NCBI GenBank assembly: GCA_034927185.1
Contig: JAYFQM010000032.1
Coordinates: 15,436-79,435 of the forward strand
Length of the DNA stretch: 64,000 nt
Source of the DNA: Oscillospiraceae bacterium
GTDB taxonomy: Bacteria > Bacillota > Clostridia > Oscillospirales > Oscillospiraceae
Reading direction: 5' to 3'
In this document: piece after piece, positions 9,699-18,265 of the stretch
Numbering within the stretch: position 1 is the stretch's first letter
Layout: every line of letters begins with the position of its first letter
Program-made: the position numbers and the translations under genes
Notes under the pieces: model-generated
Told to the model about the DNA's origin: nothing
The model's database searches: none
The model's input: the letters and a program-made list of their open reading frames with translations, nothing else

Positions 9699-10196
9699 AT
9701 GGGAAAGAACTATCTGCGCATAGACGACAGACTCATTCACGGTCAGATAGTGACCGCATGGTGCAAAGCTCTGGAAATCAGGGAAATTGTCGCAATTGAC
9801 GACAAGCTTGCGGCAAACCCGACGCTCCAGTCAATCATGATGATGGGAATCCCATCAAACTACAAGCATCATGTTGTGACCTTTGAGCAGGCGCGGGAAA
9901 TCTTTGCTCAGCAGGCCGAAGGCAACCGCCTGTTCGTTACCCGGATGCCGCAGGATCTTGCTTCTCTGAGGGATGAGCTGCAAAAATGCGAAACCGTCTT
10001 TATCGGCAATGCCGCGAAGCGCCCTGATACGACCTTCAACCTGACTAAGGGCGGCGGCGGAGTCTTTTTCGCTAGCCCCGAGGATGTGAAGCTTTTCGAC
10101 GAGCTTTCGGCATCCGGCGTTAAGCTTGTCGCCCAGACCGTGCCTAACACTTCCGCACGCCCCTGGCCCGAGGTCAGGAAATCCATAAAACTATAA
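9699..10196 (+). CDS. PTS mannose/fructose/sorbose family IIB component
   Basis: LRIDDRLIHGQIV phospho-His motif. GGAGG lies upstream of the ATG at 9699; the ORF-track start at 9687 is a TTG extension. Confidence 0.88.
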   Translation: MGKNYLRIDDRLIHGQIVTAWCKALEIREIVAIDDKLAANPTLQSIMMMGIPSNYKHHVVTFEQAREIFAQQAEGNRLFVTRMPQDLASLRDELQKCETVFIGNAAKRPDTTFNLTKGGGGVFFASPEDVKLFDELSASGVKLVAQTVPNTSARPWPEVRKSIKL

Positions 10197-10238
10197 TAGC
10201 GGAAGCTTTTATAGAATATTTTTGAGGAGGAATATATC

Positions 10239-11012
10239 ATGACAATGGCACAAGTGATCCTTATCGCTCTGTTCATATATCTAGGCGCGATAGGATCAAT
10301 TGTCGGCAACACGATCGGATGGTACTGCCTGGGCAGACCGCTGGTTGCGTCATTCGTAGTGGGTATTATCATGGGCGATGTCCAGACCGCTATGATAGTC
10401 GGCATACCCCTCCAGATAGCGTATCTGGCAAATGTCACCCCCGGCGGCGCGGTCGCCTGGGACCTTTCCTATGCAACGTATATAGGAACAGCAATGGCGC
10501 TGGCCATGAAGGGCACTGTTGATAATGACGCCGCGCTAATAGGACTTGCTTTCACAGGAGCCGGAATCGGCGGCGTTGTCGGCGGAACGATGTGGAACGT
10601 CCATTACGCTCTTGATGTTCTGCTCAATCGCTGGGCTGAGAGAATTGCTCTGAGCGGTGACGCGAAAAAAATGTGGATGCCGAACGTACTTGGCGGTCAG
10701 CTCATAGGCTTTGCCTGCCGCTTCATCCCTGCGGTCATCCTTCTGTTGGCAATTAACGCGGGCGCACAGGCGGGAATAAGCATTCCAAGCTGGTTCATTA
10801 CCGGAATATCCACTTTCGGCAGTATGATGGCTGCGCTAGGAATGGGTATCATCCTCTCTTTCCTCATCAGGAAAAACTACGACTGGGCCGTTTTTCTCAT
10901 CGGATTTGTGCTTGTAACATATTTCGGGCTTGGAACGATGGCTGTTGCGGTGATCGGCGTTCTTGCTGCAATAATCTTTTATCAGATAATTGACAGAAAG
11001 GAGGCTTATTGA
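10239..11012 (+). CDS. PTS mannose/fructose/sorbose family IIC component
   Basis: 257-aa polytopic membrane protein located between IIB and IID. Confidence 0.85.
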   Translation: MTMAQVILIALFIYLGAIGSIVGNTIGWYCLGRPLVASFVVGIIMGDVQTAMIVGIPLQIAYLANVTPGGAVAWDLSYATYIGTAMALAMKGTVDNDAALIGLAFTGAGIGGVVGGTMWNVHYALDVLLNRWAERIALSGDAKKMWMPNVLGGQLIGFACRFIPAVILLLAINAGAQAGISIPSWFITGISTFGSMMAALGMGIILSFLIRKNYDWAVFLIGFVLVTYFGLGTMAVAVIGVLAAIIFYQIIDRKEAY

Positions 11013-11013
11013 G

Positions 11014-11910
11014 ATGGCTAAAACACCTGAAAAGAAAACTCTTGATAAGAAAACTCTGAGAAAATCCTTTAACAACTGGTTTTTCTGGAACGGCTGCTCA
11101 CAACAGGCAGAATCGATGCTAGGCATGGCTTTCGGCCAGTCAATGGCACCCGTTATAGACGAGCTCTATGACGAGAAGGAAGACAAGGCTGCCGGTCTCC
11201 GCAGGCATATAACCCTGTTTAACACAGAATCTCAGGTTGGCTCCGTCTGCAACGGTATCGCCATCGGCATGGAAGAGCAGCTCGCAAACGGCGTCGGCAC
11301 GCCCGAAGCGATTCAGGAGGCAAAGGTCGCTCTCATTGGCCCTACCTCGGCAATAGGCGATTCCCTCTGGGTTGCAACCATTATACCTCTGCTTCTCACT
11401 ATCTGCCTGTCAATTTCAAGTGCCCTGACAAATTCTGCGTGGGTCGGTCCTCTGATCTATATCATCGTATATCCTATCGGAACCTACCTGCTGAGCTGGA
11501 AGATATTCCAGCTAGGATATAAGGCCGGACTTGAAGGCGTTCAGAGATTCATGGTGTCGGGCCAGCTCGACAAGATTATAAGGGCCGTTACAATACTCGG
11601 CCTGCTGGTTGTAGGTGCGCTGACTGCAAGCTTTGTCACCTGCGCTCTTAACATCGACATCAAAACCGCCACAAAGGTTTTTGATGAGGCTACGCAGTCA
11701 TACATTGACGGCAGCATTTCCGTTTTCAATCTCGACAATCTGCTCAACACAGTATTCCCCAAAATTGTTCCACTGGCTCTGACCGTCTTTGTATACTGGC
11801 TGTATACGAAGAAGAACTGGAAGCCGATAGTCATCATGCTCCTCATCCTTGTGCTGGCTGCGGTTCTCACTGCCATCGGATATATTCCCGGAATCGGAGC
11901 ATTTGCCTGA
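11014..11910 (+). CDS. PTS mannose/fructose/sorbose family IID component
   Basis: N-terminus LTKKTL..SF..WFFWNG-like (KKTLRKSFNNWFFWNG) is typical of IID. The ATG at 11014 abuts the IIC stop (TGAGATG). Confidence 0.85.
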   Translation: MAKTPEKKTLDKKTLRKSFNNWFFWNGCSQQAESMLGMAFGQSMAPVIDELYDEKEDKAAGLRRHITLFNTESQVGSVCNGIAIGMEEQLANGVGTPEAIQEAKVALIGPTSAIGDSLWVATIIPLLLTICLSISSALTNSAWVGPLIYIIVYPIGTYLLSWKIFQLGYKAGLEGVQRFMVSGQLDKIIRAVTILGLLVVGALTASFVTCALNIDIKTATKVFDEATQSYIDGSISVFNLDNLLNTVFPKIVPLALTVFVYWLYTKKNWKPIVIMLLILVLAAVLTAIGYIPGIGAFA

Positions 11911-11940
11911 TAACAATAGTAAAACTAGGAGAACAAAAAA

Positions 11941-12702
11941 ATGTCACAGTTGGAGTATCTTAAGAAAATCACGGAAGTAATCAACAAAATCGGCGCCGAG
12001 CAAACCGAAAACATCGAAAAGGCCGCCGACATCTGCGCCGAGGTTATAAACTCCGGCAAGCTGGTGCATCTGTTCGGCAGCGGCCACAGCGTCTTGCCTG
12101 TACAGGACGTGTTTCCCCGCTATGGCGGAATAGTAGGCTGGCACCCCTGCATGGACCCAAGGCTTATGTGGTCAAACGTAATAGGCCCCGGCGGCGCGCG
12201 CGAGCTTCTCTGGATCGAGCGCCAGGAGGGATATATTAAGAACTTCCTCCAGAGCTACAACTTCCAGGAGGGAGAGGCTATTATAGTGTATTCCCACGGA
12301 GGACTTAACGCTGCGCCCATTGAGGCCGCAATGTACGCAAAAGAGCGCGGACTGAAGGTTATCGCCATCACCAGCGGCGAGAACTACAGGAAAGCCGTTC
12401 CGACGCATTCCTCGGGAAAGAAGCTTGGGGATCTCGCGGATGTCCTGATAGACAACTGCTGCCCGCTGGAAGACGCATTGGTGGAAATACCTAACTATTA
12501 CCAGAAGGTGGGCGCATCCTCTACTGTGGCGACGATTACTATTTCCCAGTCAATTGCGTCGGAGACCGCGCTGCGTCTTCAAAAAATGGGACACAAAATG
12601 TTTATATTTGTTTCCCCCAATGTCACCGAGGTTCCTAAGGACTATATGAATGAGGTTTATGCCTCGTATACCGAAACCGTATTAAAAAATCACAACATGT
12701 GA
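11941..12702 (+). CDS. SIS (sugar isomerase) domain protein, UPF0309-like
   Basis: 253 aa. LFGSGHS and a Rossmann-like SIS pattern. It is not MurQ-, AgaS- or GlmS-like in length or motifs. Substrate unknown. Confidence 0.7.
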   Translation: MSQLEYLKKITEVINKIGAEQTENIEKAADICAEVINSGKLVHLFGSGHSVLPVQDVFPRYGGIVGWHPCMDPRLMWSNVIGPGGARELLWIERQEGYIKNFLQSYNFQEGEAIIVYSHGGLNAAPIEAAMYAKERGLKVIAITSGENYRKAVPTHSSGKKLGDLADVLIDNCCPLEDALVEIPNYYQKVGASSTVATITISQSIASETALRLQKMGHKMFIFVSPNVTEVPKDYMNEVYASYTETVLKNHNM

Positions 12703-12720
12703 GAAACGCGGGTTAAACGA

Positions 12721-12757
12721 AAACAGGAGCTTGCCCCGGCAGACTCCTGTTTTTGTT
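12721..12757 (+). terminator. intrinsic terminator after the SIS gene
   Basis: ACAGGAG-loop-CTCCTGT followed by TTTTTG. Confidence 0.7.
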
Positions 12758-12787
12758 TAAATCCCGGCAGTTTTGTGCTAGTATAAT
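12754..12787 (+). promoter_or_regulatory. possible internal promoter for IIA / unknown / ptsH
   Basis: Perfect TATAAT at 12782-12787, just after the terminator and about 19 nt before the IIA RBS. The -35 is weak. Confidence 0.3.
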
Positions 12788-12805
12788 ATGAACGGAGGAT
12801 TTATT

Positions 12806-13198
12806 ATGACGAAAGTAATAGTCATCGGTCATGCCGGTTACGGTTCGGCAATGAAGAGAAACATAAACATGCTGGTCGGAGACGTACCCGATTTTATTTT
12901 CGTGGATTTCAACGAACAGGATGACCTTGAGATCCTGCGGGCAAACATCGCCAAGGCACTCAGGGAAACGGAAGGAAACGACGTTCTTTTTGCCTGCGAC
13001 CTTTCAGGAGGCTCTCCCTTCCGAGAGGCTGCGCTTGTATGCTCAGAGCATGAAAGCTATGCCGTTATTGCGGGGCTGAATACCTCCGCATATACCGACA
13101 TGGTCTACAGCCTCGACCTTAGCCCTGCAGAGCTTGCGGTGCAGGCGGCCGAAGTGGCGCGGGGAAGCATACTGATTTATTCTGCGGGTAAAAAGTAA
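12806..13198 (+). CDS. PTS mannose family IIA component
   Basis: MTKVIVIGHAGYGSA has the phospho-His near the N-terminus. GGAGG lies upstream of the ATG at 12806. Confidence 0.8.
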   Translation: MTKVIVIGHAGYGSAMKRNINMLVGDVPDFIFVDFNEQDDLEILRANIAKALRETEGNDVLFACDLSGGSPFREAALVCSEHESYAVIAGLNTSAYTDMVYSLDLSPAELAVQAAEVARGSILIYSAGKK

Positions 13199-13929
13199 TG
13201 ATCGGGCTGATTTCGGCGGGAGAGTTCTGGGCTGAGTATAAGTCCTTCGTGTTAGCCTTCGCGGTCATGGTGGTTCTGTCGTTCATCCTGCTGCAAATTC
13301 TGGTCTATGCCCGGCGGCAGGCGGAGCTGGAGCTGGACGGCCTTTTCAAAAGCAATGTCGGGCTTTATCTGGAGCGCCTTGAGCATAACAGGCGTCTGGG
13401 CTTGATTTTCAGAAAACCTATCATGCTGCTGATGAAGTTGGACGGCTATATGAAAACGGGAGACGACGAAAAAATACGCGTCCTTATCAAAGAGCTGGAT
13501 GACATGAAGCTGGAGCCTAGGGACAAGGTGGAGTATTATCAGAAGAGGATGTCCTTTTTTGTGTCGGCAGGTGACGCGAGCGAGGCAAGGGCAAGCTTTG
13601 ACAAGCTGCAAAATTATCTTCGATTAGTCAAGGCCGACGAAACCGAAAAATACCGCGGCCTTATAGATGAGGGTAGGGAGATTATCCGCGTATATCTTGA
13701 CAGAGATGTCTCGTATATGGACGAGCTGAAAAAGAAAGCGGAGCATACGGAGCATCCCGTTCTGCGCGGCGTGATGTATTTCAGACTTGCGAAGCTTGCT
13801 TATTTCAAGGGCGATGCCGAGCAGAGAGAGAGATACCTCAGAACCGCCGAAAAAACTCTTTCCGGTACAGATTACGGAGAAATCATAGAAAAGGCGCTCA
13901 CGGCGCCGGAAATCCTGGAAACCAAGTAA
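13198..13929 (+). CDS. hypothetical membrane-anchored helical-repeat (TPR-like) protein
   Basis: 243 aa. One N-terminal TM helix (FVLAFAVMVVLSFILLQILVY), then all-helical repeats (YFRLAKLAYFKGDAEQRERYL). The start overlaps the IIA stop (TAATG). No family recognised. Confidence 0.6.
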   Translation: MIGLISAGEFWAEYKSFVLAFAVMVVLSFILLQILVYARRQAELELDGLFKSNVGLYLERLEHNRRLGLIFRKPIMLLMKLDGYMKTGDDEKIRVLIKELDDMKLEPRDKVEYYQKRMSFFVSAGDASEARASFDKLQNYLRLVKADETEKYRGLIDEGREIIRVYLDRDVSYMDELKKKAEHTEHPVLRGVMYFRLAKLAYFKGDAEQRERYLRTAEKTLSGTDYGEIIEKALTAPEILETK

Positions 13930-13949
13930 AAGCAAAGGAGAAAAAAGAC

Positions 13950-14213
13950 ATGGTGTCTTTTGATTACACAATAAAGGATTCAATGGGGCTGCACGCGCGG
14001 CCCGTCGGCATTATGGTCAAGGCCGCGGCGCCTTATAAGCAGACAAAGGTGACCGTTACGCACAACGGCGCTACGGCAGACGGGAAGAGGATGTTTGCAA
14101 TCCTCGGTCTGCAGGTCAATCAGGGAGAAACCATAACGGTTTCTGTGGAAGGCGAAAAAGAGCAGGAACTGGCGGACGCTATACGCGGCATATTTCAATC
14201 GGAAAATCTCTGA
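13950..14213 (+). CDS. ptsH: phosphocarrier protein HPr (Ser46-less variant)
   Basis: GLHARPVG His15 motif. Aligned to B. subtilis HPr, the K45-S46 position reads K-R (GKRMFAILGL). Confidence 0.9.
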   Translation: MVSFDYTIKDSMGLHARPVGIMVKAAAPYKQTKVTVTHNGATADGKRMFAILGLQVNQGETITVSVEGEKEQELADAIRGIFQSENL

Positions 14214-14294
14214 AACATAGTTCCGTACTGTTTCAGACTGTATATATATCAAACATACACCGTTCGCTCCGCGGGCGGCGGAAGGGATGGATTT

Positions 14295-15146
14295 ATGAGT
14301 CTACTGGTAAAGATGCGGCAGATTAAGGATCTGTCTCCGTCGGAACGGCATATAGTCGACTATATTTTCGAAAATCTCGACGATATTTTCAATATCGGTA
14401 TAGTCGAGCTTGCCGAAAAAACCTTTACCTCGACGGCAACGGTGAAACGGCTCTGCAAAAAACTCGGTGTGGACAGCTACATTGACTTTAGACTCCGGCT
14501 CTCATCGGAGCTGTCAAACTACAGCACGGACTCCATACTGGAGTCGGCGACGACTCCGGTCGGGCGCTATGACTCGACCGACGAGATAATAAAAAAGGTT
14601 TCAAACCAGAACGCAAAATCCATTATCGACACCATGAACCTGAACAGTGCAGAAACGCTGGATAGCGTGATAGTTGAGATGTCACGTGCGGCCAGAATCG
14701 ATTTTTACGGCGTCGGCCCATCTAATGTTGTTGCGGAGGACGCGCAGATCAAATGCATGCGTATCGGTATTCCTGCTTCGGCGTATAAAGACCGCATTTC
14801 GATGCTCATAAACGCCAAGGCATATACGCAGGGCACTCTGGCCTTCCTCATTTCATATACGGGTATGACCGATGAGATAATCGAAGTTACCTCCGAGCTT
14901 GTCAGGGAAGGAGTACCTACCGTGTCGCTTACGTCTTTCGGTGAAAATGAGCTGAGCAAGATGTGCAAATACAACCTCTTTGTTGATGCTAGCGAATCTT
15001 GGGACCGGCTGGGTGGTATGTCGAGCCGTATTTCGACGCTGAATATGATAGATGTGCTGTTTACGGCTCTAATAAATGCAAACTATGAGAAGCACAAAGG
15101 CAGTATGGATCACACCAATGTTAGCAGCATAAAAAAAGAAAGCTGA
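14295..15146 (+). CDS. RpiR/MurR-family transcriptional regulator (HTH + SIS)
   Basis: N-terminal HTH_6 (SERHIVDYIFENL...VELAEKTFTSTATVKRLCKKLG) and a C-terminal SIS domain. Confidence 0.88.
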   Translation: MSLLVKMRQIKDLSPSERHIVDYIFENLDDIFNIGIVELAEKTFTSTATVKRLCKKLGVDSYIDFRLRLSSELSNYSTDSILESATTPVGRYDSTDEIIKKVSNQNAKSIIDTMNLNSAETLDSVIVEMSRAARIDFYGVGPSNVVAEDAQIKCMRIGIPASAYKDRISMLINAKAYTQGTLAFLISYTGMTDEIIEVTSELVREGVPTVSLTSFGENELSKMCKYNLFVDASESWDRLGGMSSRISTLNMIDVLFTALINANYEKHKGSMDHTNVSSIKKES

Positions 15147-15150
15147 AAGC

Positions 15151-15200
15151 GTGACAATCGGGCTCTGATTTCGAATCAGAGCCCGATTGTCACGTTGTTT
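15151..15200 (+). terminator. intrinsic terminator (about 20-bp perfect stem)
   Basis: GTGACAATCGGGCTCTGATT-TCG-AATCAGAGCCCGATTGTCAC followed by GTTGTTTT. Confidence 0.8.
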
Positions 15201-15357
15201 TATGCGCAAAGATAAAATGTTAATTTCAGAATACTGCTCGTCGCTATGATATCAACGCCTAAATCGAGGACGCTTTTTCTCGCCGTATCTCCGATGCCCC
15301 CAACCATCATTTCGCAGCCGTTAGAACAGACAGTTCAGATTAGCTTTTTTACGCAGC

Positions 15358-16608
15358 TCAGACCTTCTCGATTTTAAAAGATATCCGTGACTGCGGCGTG
15401 AGTCCGAATAGGCCGAAGTCAAGCTCAATTCTTTCCATTTCGGGCGGGCGCAGGACGGAAAACCACTTGCGGTAGACCTCCCGGCCGTCAACGGTTACTA
15501 TAAGAGCGTTCTTTTTAAGAATCTTGTTGCTGCGAAAGAACAGGACTGTTTTCAGGCTTTTGGAGCTCAAATCGAGCTTTTGAGGGATCAGATACTGCAT
15601 ATTGCCCTCAGTATGGAGAGGGAGCTCCGCCCGTTTCACACGCATGAAGCCTGCCGCTGCCCTGCCTGCCGTCTCTCCCGACTCCGTTACAAAGTCGACC
15701 AGGTCGTTGACATGCAGAGAGTTCCCGCAGGAGAATACTCCTTCAACAGATGTCATAAGGTTCTGGTCGCAAACGGGGCCTTCTGTTTGCGGGTCGAGCT
15801 CCACGCCGAGCTTCTCGGCAAGCTCGTTTTCGGGAGTGAGTCCGACGGACAAAATCAGCGCGTCGCACTCGACAATCTCGGCCGTTTCCTCTATGGGACG
15901 CATGTTTTCGTCCACAGAGCAGATCTCAACAGCGGTCAGGTGGTCGTCGCCAAAAATCCGCGTTACTGTTTTAGAAAGGTAAAGCGGAATATCGCAGTCG
16001 TATAGGCACTGGTAAATATTCCTCATCAGGCCCGAGGGATAGGGTTTCACCTCATAAACTCCCGCGACTGCCCCTCCCTCGAGCGTTATGCGCCGCGCCA
16101 TGATAAGCCCTATATCGCCGCTGCCCAGAATTACGCATCGTTTTGTCGGCATCTGTCCCAGAAGGTTAATAAAGTGCTGAGCGGTTCCGGCGGTGAAAAT
16201 TCCAGAGGGCCTGGTGCCGTGAATAAATACCTGCCTTACGGTGCGTTCCCTGCATCCGCTCGCAAGTACGAGCGTCCTTGACGTGACCTGAACGACTCCG
16301 CCGCGGTTGACAGCCGTCAGGCGGAAACCTTCGGGTACCTTTTCGATTTTTGTTACGAAGGTCAGTGTCAAAAGCTCTACTTTCTCTTTGTTAAATTCGT
16401 CGATGAAGCGCTCCGCATATTCGGGACCGGAGAGCTTTTCACCGAAGCGCACAAGCCCGAAGCCGTCGTGGACGCACTGCTTGAGTATCCCGCCCAGACG
16501 AGCCTCGCGCTCTATAAGAAGGACCTCAGCGCCGGTCTTTTTCGCGGCTATCGCCGCGGCGAGTCCCGCGGGACCGCCGCCGATGACTATTACATCCGTA
16601 TTTGTCAA
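15358..16608 (-). CDS. NAD(P)/FAD-dependent oxidoreductase (pyridine nucleotide-disulfide oxidoreductase-like)
   Basis: N-terminal VIVIGGGPAGLAAA dinucleotide fold and a second GSGDIGL fold. 416 aa. This type is normally found next to GlpA-like dehydrogenases in anaerobes. Confidence 0.8.
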   Translation of the reverse strand: MTNTDVIVIGGGPAGLAAAIAAKKTGAEVLLIEREARLGGILKQCVHDGFGLVRFGEKLSGPEYAERFIDEFNKEKVELLTLTFVTKIEKVPEGFRLTAVNRGGVVQVTSRTLVLASGCRERTVRQVFIHGTRPSGIFTAGTAQHFINLLGQMPTKRCVILGSGDIGLIMARRITLEGGAVAGVYEVKPYPSGLMRNIYQCLYDCDIPLYLSKTVTRIFGDDHLTAVEICSVDENMRPIEETAEIVECDALILSVGLTPENELAEKLGVELDPQTEGPVCDQNLMTSVEGVFSCGNSLHVNDLVDFVTESGETAGRAAAGFMRVKRAELPLHTEGNMQYLIPQKLDLSSKSLKTVLFFRSNKILKKNALIVTVDGREVYRKWFSVLRPPEMERIELDFGLFGLTPQSRISFKIEKV

Positions 16609-17054
16609 ACCGCTGCCCCCTTTGTTTCGCCGTAGGCAACGATAGACTGAGCCGAATTCTTTTTTCCCTCTGAAAGCGGTATGCCCTCATGCTCGGCTAT
16701 TATCTGCATGGCGAGATGAGAACAGAAACCTCCTTGGCACCTGCCCATTTCGGGGCGCAGCCTGTACTTTATACCGTCCAGAGTCGGCACGCAGAGGGGA
16801 GAATACAAGGCGTCGAGAATCTCGCCCCGGCTTATCTCCTCGCAGCGGCAAATAATAACGCCGTAATCGGCATTTTTTTTGTCGTCGATGACTCCGATGT
16901 ACCGCTTTCCTTTTGCAGTGAGCTTGCCGGCGATGACGACCATCCGCAAATGGCTCACTTCACCCCTGAGCACTATGCAGCCGCATTCCTCAAAAACTTC
17001 GATATCTGGTGAAAGAAAATCGATATTTTTGCGGATTTTCCGATAATTGCTCAT
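16605..17054 (-). CDS. BFD-like [2Fe-2S]-binding domain protein
   Basis: CRCEEISRGEILDAL...TLDGIKYRLRPEMGRCQGGFC matches the BFD-like [2Fe-2S] module found at the C-terminus of anaerobic GlpA. The N-terminal ~65 aa are unrecognised. Overlaps the downstream gene by 4 nt. Confidence 0.65.
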   Translation of the reverse strand: MSNYRKIRKNIDFLSPDIEVFEECGCIVLRGEVSHLRMVVIAGKLTAKGKRYIGVIDDKKNADYGVIICRCEEISRGEILDALYSPLCVPTLDGIKYRLRPEMGRCQGGFCSHLAMQIIAEHEGIPLSEGKKNSAQSIVAYGETKGAAV

Positions 17055-17102
17055 TATTATCCCCTATTCCCATAGCTCTCTCCTGATTTCTGCCCGAAGC
17101 AC

Positions 17103-17760
17103 CTACAACTCGCTGTCGATGTTCCACATGCTCAGGCGGAAAATCAAAAAAGGCAGGTGCCAGGGCGCTACGTCGGTATCGGTCATGCCGATTTTCTTTT
17201 TATAGGACGCGTAGTATTTTTTATAGATGGTTTTCCGTACCATCTTGAGCACGTCAGCCGTGTTTTTGCCGAAACCCGGTATCATTACACTTTAACTGAA
17301 AAGATAAAGCGTGAAGGCAATATTTGCCGCCGGGACTCCGCGTGCCGCGGTCATTCAGTCTATGATCGTCGCTGTTTTGCCGTCGGACATGATATTATCC
17401 GGGTGATAGTCAAAATGCAATATGGAATCGCCATCCGAAAGAGTGCCGATCTTATTGGCCGCTATTTGCCGCTCTTTATTCCATAAAAAAAGAGGCTCAG
17501 AATTCAGAGCATCAAGAACGATTTTCTTATAGCTACGGATTTTATCAGTGTGCGTATTATGCATTTTTAGCTGAAGCTTCGATATAAGATCCCGCACCAG
17601 AAATGCCGCAAACAGCTTTGAAGCGGCAAGAGCGATAAGCGTTTTGCCCGGTATCCTTTCGAGAATGAGGTCAGTCCTGTCTCCTATCCGCACGAGCGGC
17701 ATTTAACCACTAAAACGCCCTTCTCATATGTCTCGGTAGTGTTGCTCTCCTCGTTTTATA
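17103..17760 (-). pseudogene. phosphotransferase (APH/choline-kinase-like, PF01636-type) pseudogene
   Basis: A single frame over 17103-17702 reads ...LHFDYHPDNIMSDGKTATIID*MTAARGVPAANIAFTLYLFS*SVMIPGFG..., that is the HxDxxxxN catalytic loop and the IDx...G.P..D motif. It is interrupted by TGA (17355-17357) and TAA (17292-17294). The N-terminal piece (..ESNTTETYEKGVLVVK) is in another frame. Confidence 0.6.
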
Positions 17761-17976
17761 TCAGAACGGGGTTGGTGCCGGAGTGAAAGCGTTTGGCAGA
17801 GTGCAGTCCTTCCAGGAAAAATATGTAATAAACGGCTCGTGAACAGAGGTTCGCCCAGATCTTCGGTGATGCGGGTTCCGGAGGTGACCAAGTCAGATTA
17901 CATTCGTTTTTACATAAAAGTTATATAATGCTTCCAGAGAGAAGTCAATACGGGCGGAGGGCACCGCACATATGTA

Positions 17977-18264
17977 ATGGACTTTTGTTTGATTGACCAG
18001 ATATATCCATCCGCGCTTTTTGTAAGCTGCTCATCACATTATATAGCGGGAGTTCCGAAGCGTCCACACGGTAATTTTCTGGGATATGTTTTTTCAAGGA
18101 CGGGGAGCCTCTGCCCTGTCCGGAGGATGCCTTATAACAAGCATGAGCCTGCCGCGTGTGGAGAAGACCCTGAGCCTGTTGGTAATTACTACATAAAAAC
18201 GCTTATTATGGACGAGCCAACGGCAAGAGGCATTGTGGAAAGGCTACGTCAGAGCGCCCGATAA
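17977..18264 (+). CDS. hypothetical ORF (weak; possibly a gene remnant)
   Basis: 95-aa ORF ending just before a bidirectional terminator. No RBS, no recognisable domain, Cys/Pro-rich. Confidence 0.2.
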   Translation: MDFCLIDQIYPSALFVSCSSHYIAGVPKRPHGNFLGYVFSRTGSLCPVRRMPYNKHEPAACGEDPEPVGNYYIKTLIMDEPTARGIVERLRQSAR

Positions 18265-18265
18265 G

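Noticed and set aside
17292-17357. TGA at a Trp-type position, considered as evidence for TGA=Trp recoding (genetic code 4/25).
   Set aside because: TGA clearly terminates well-conserved genes in this window, for example the response regulator at 290-292, the PTS IIC gene at 11010-11012 and HPr at 14211-14213. The same pseudogene also carries a TAA and a frameshift, so decay is the simpler explanation.
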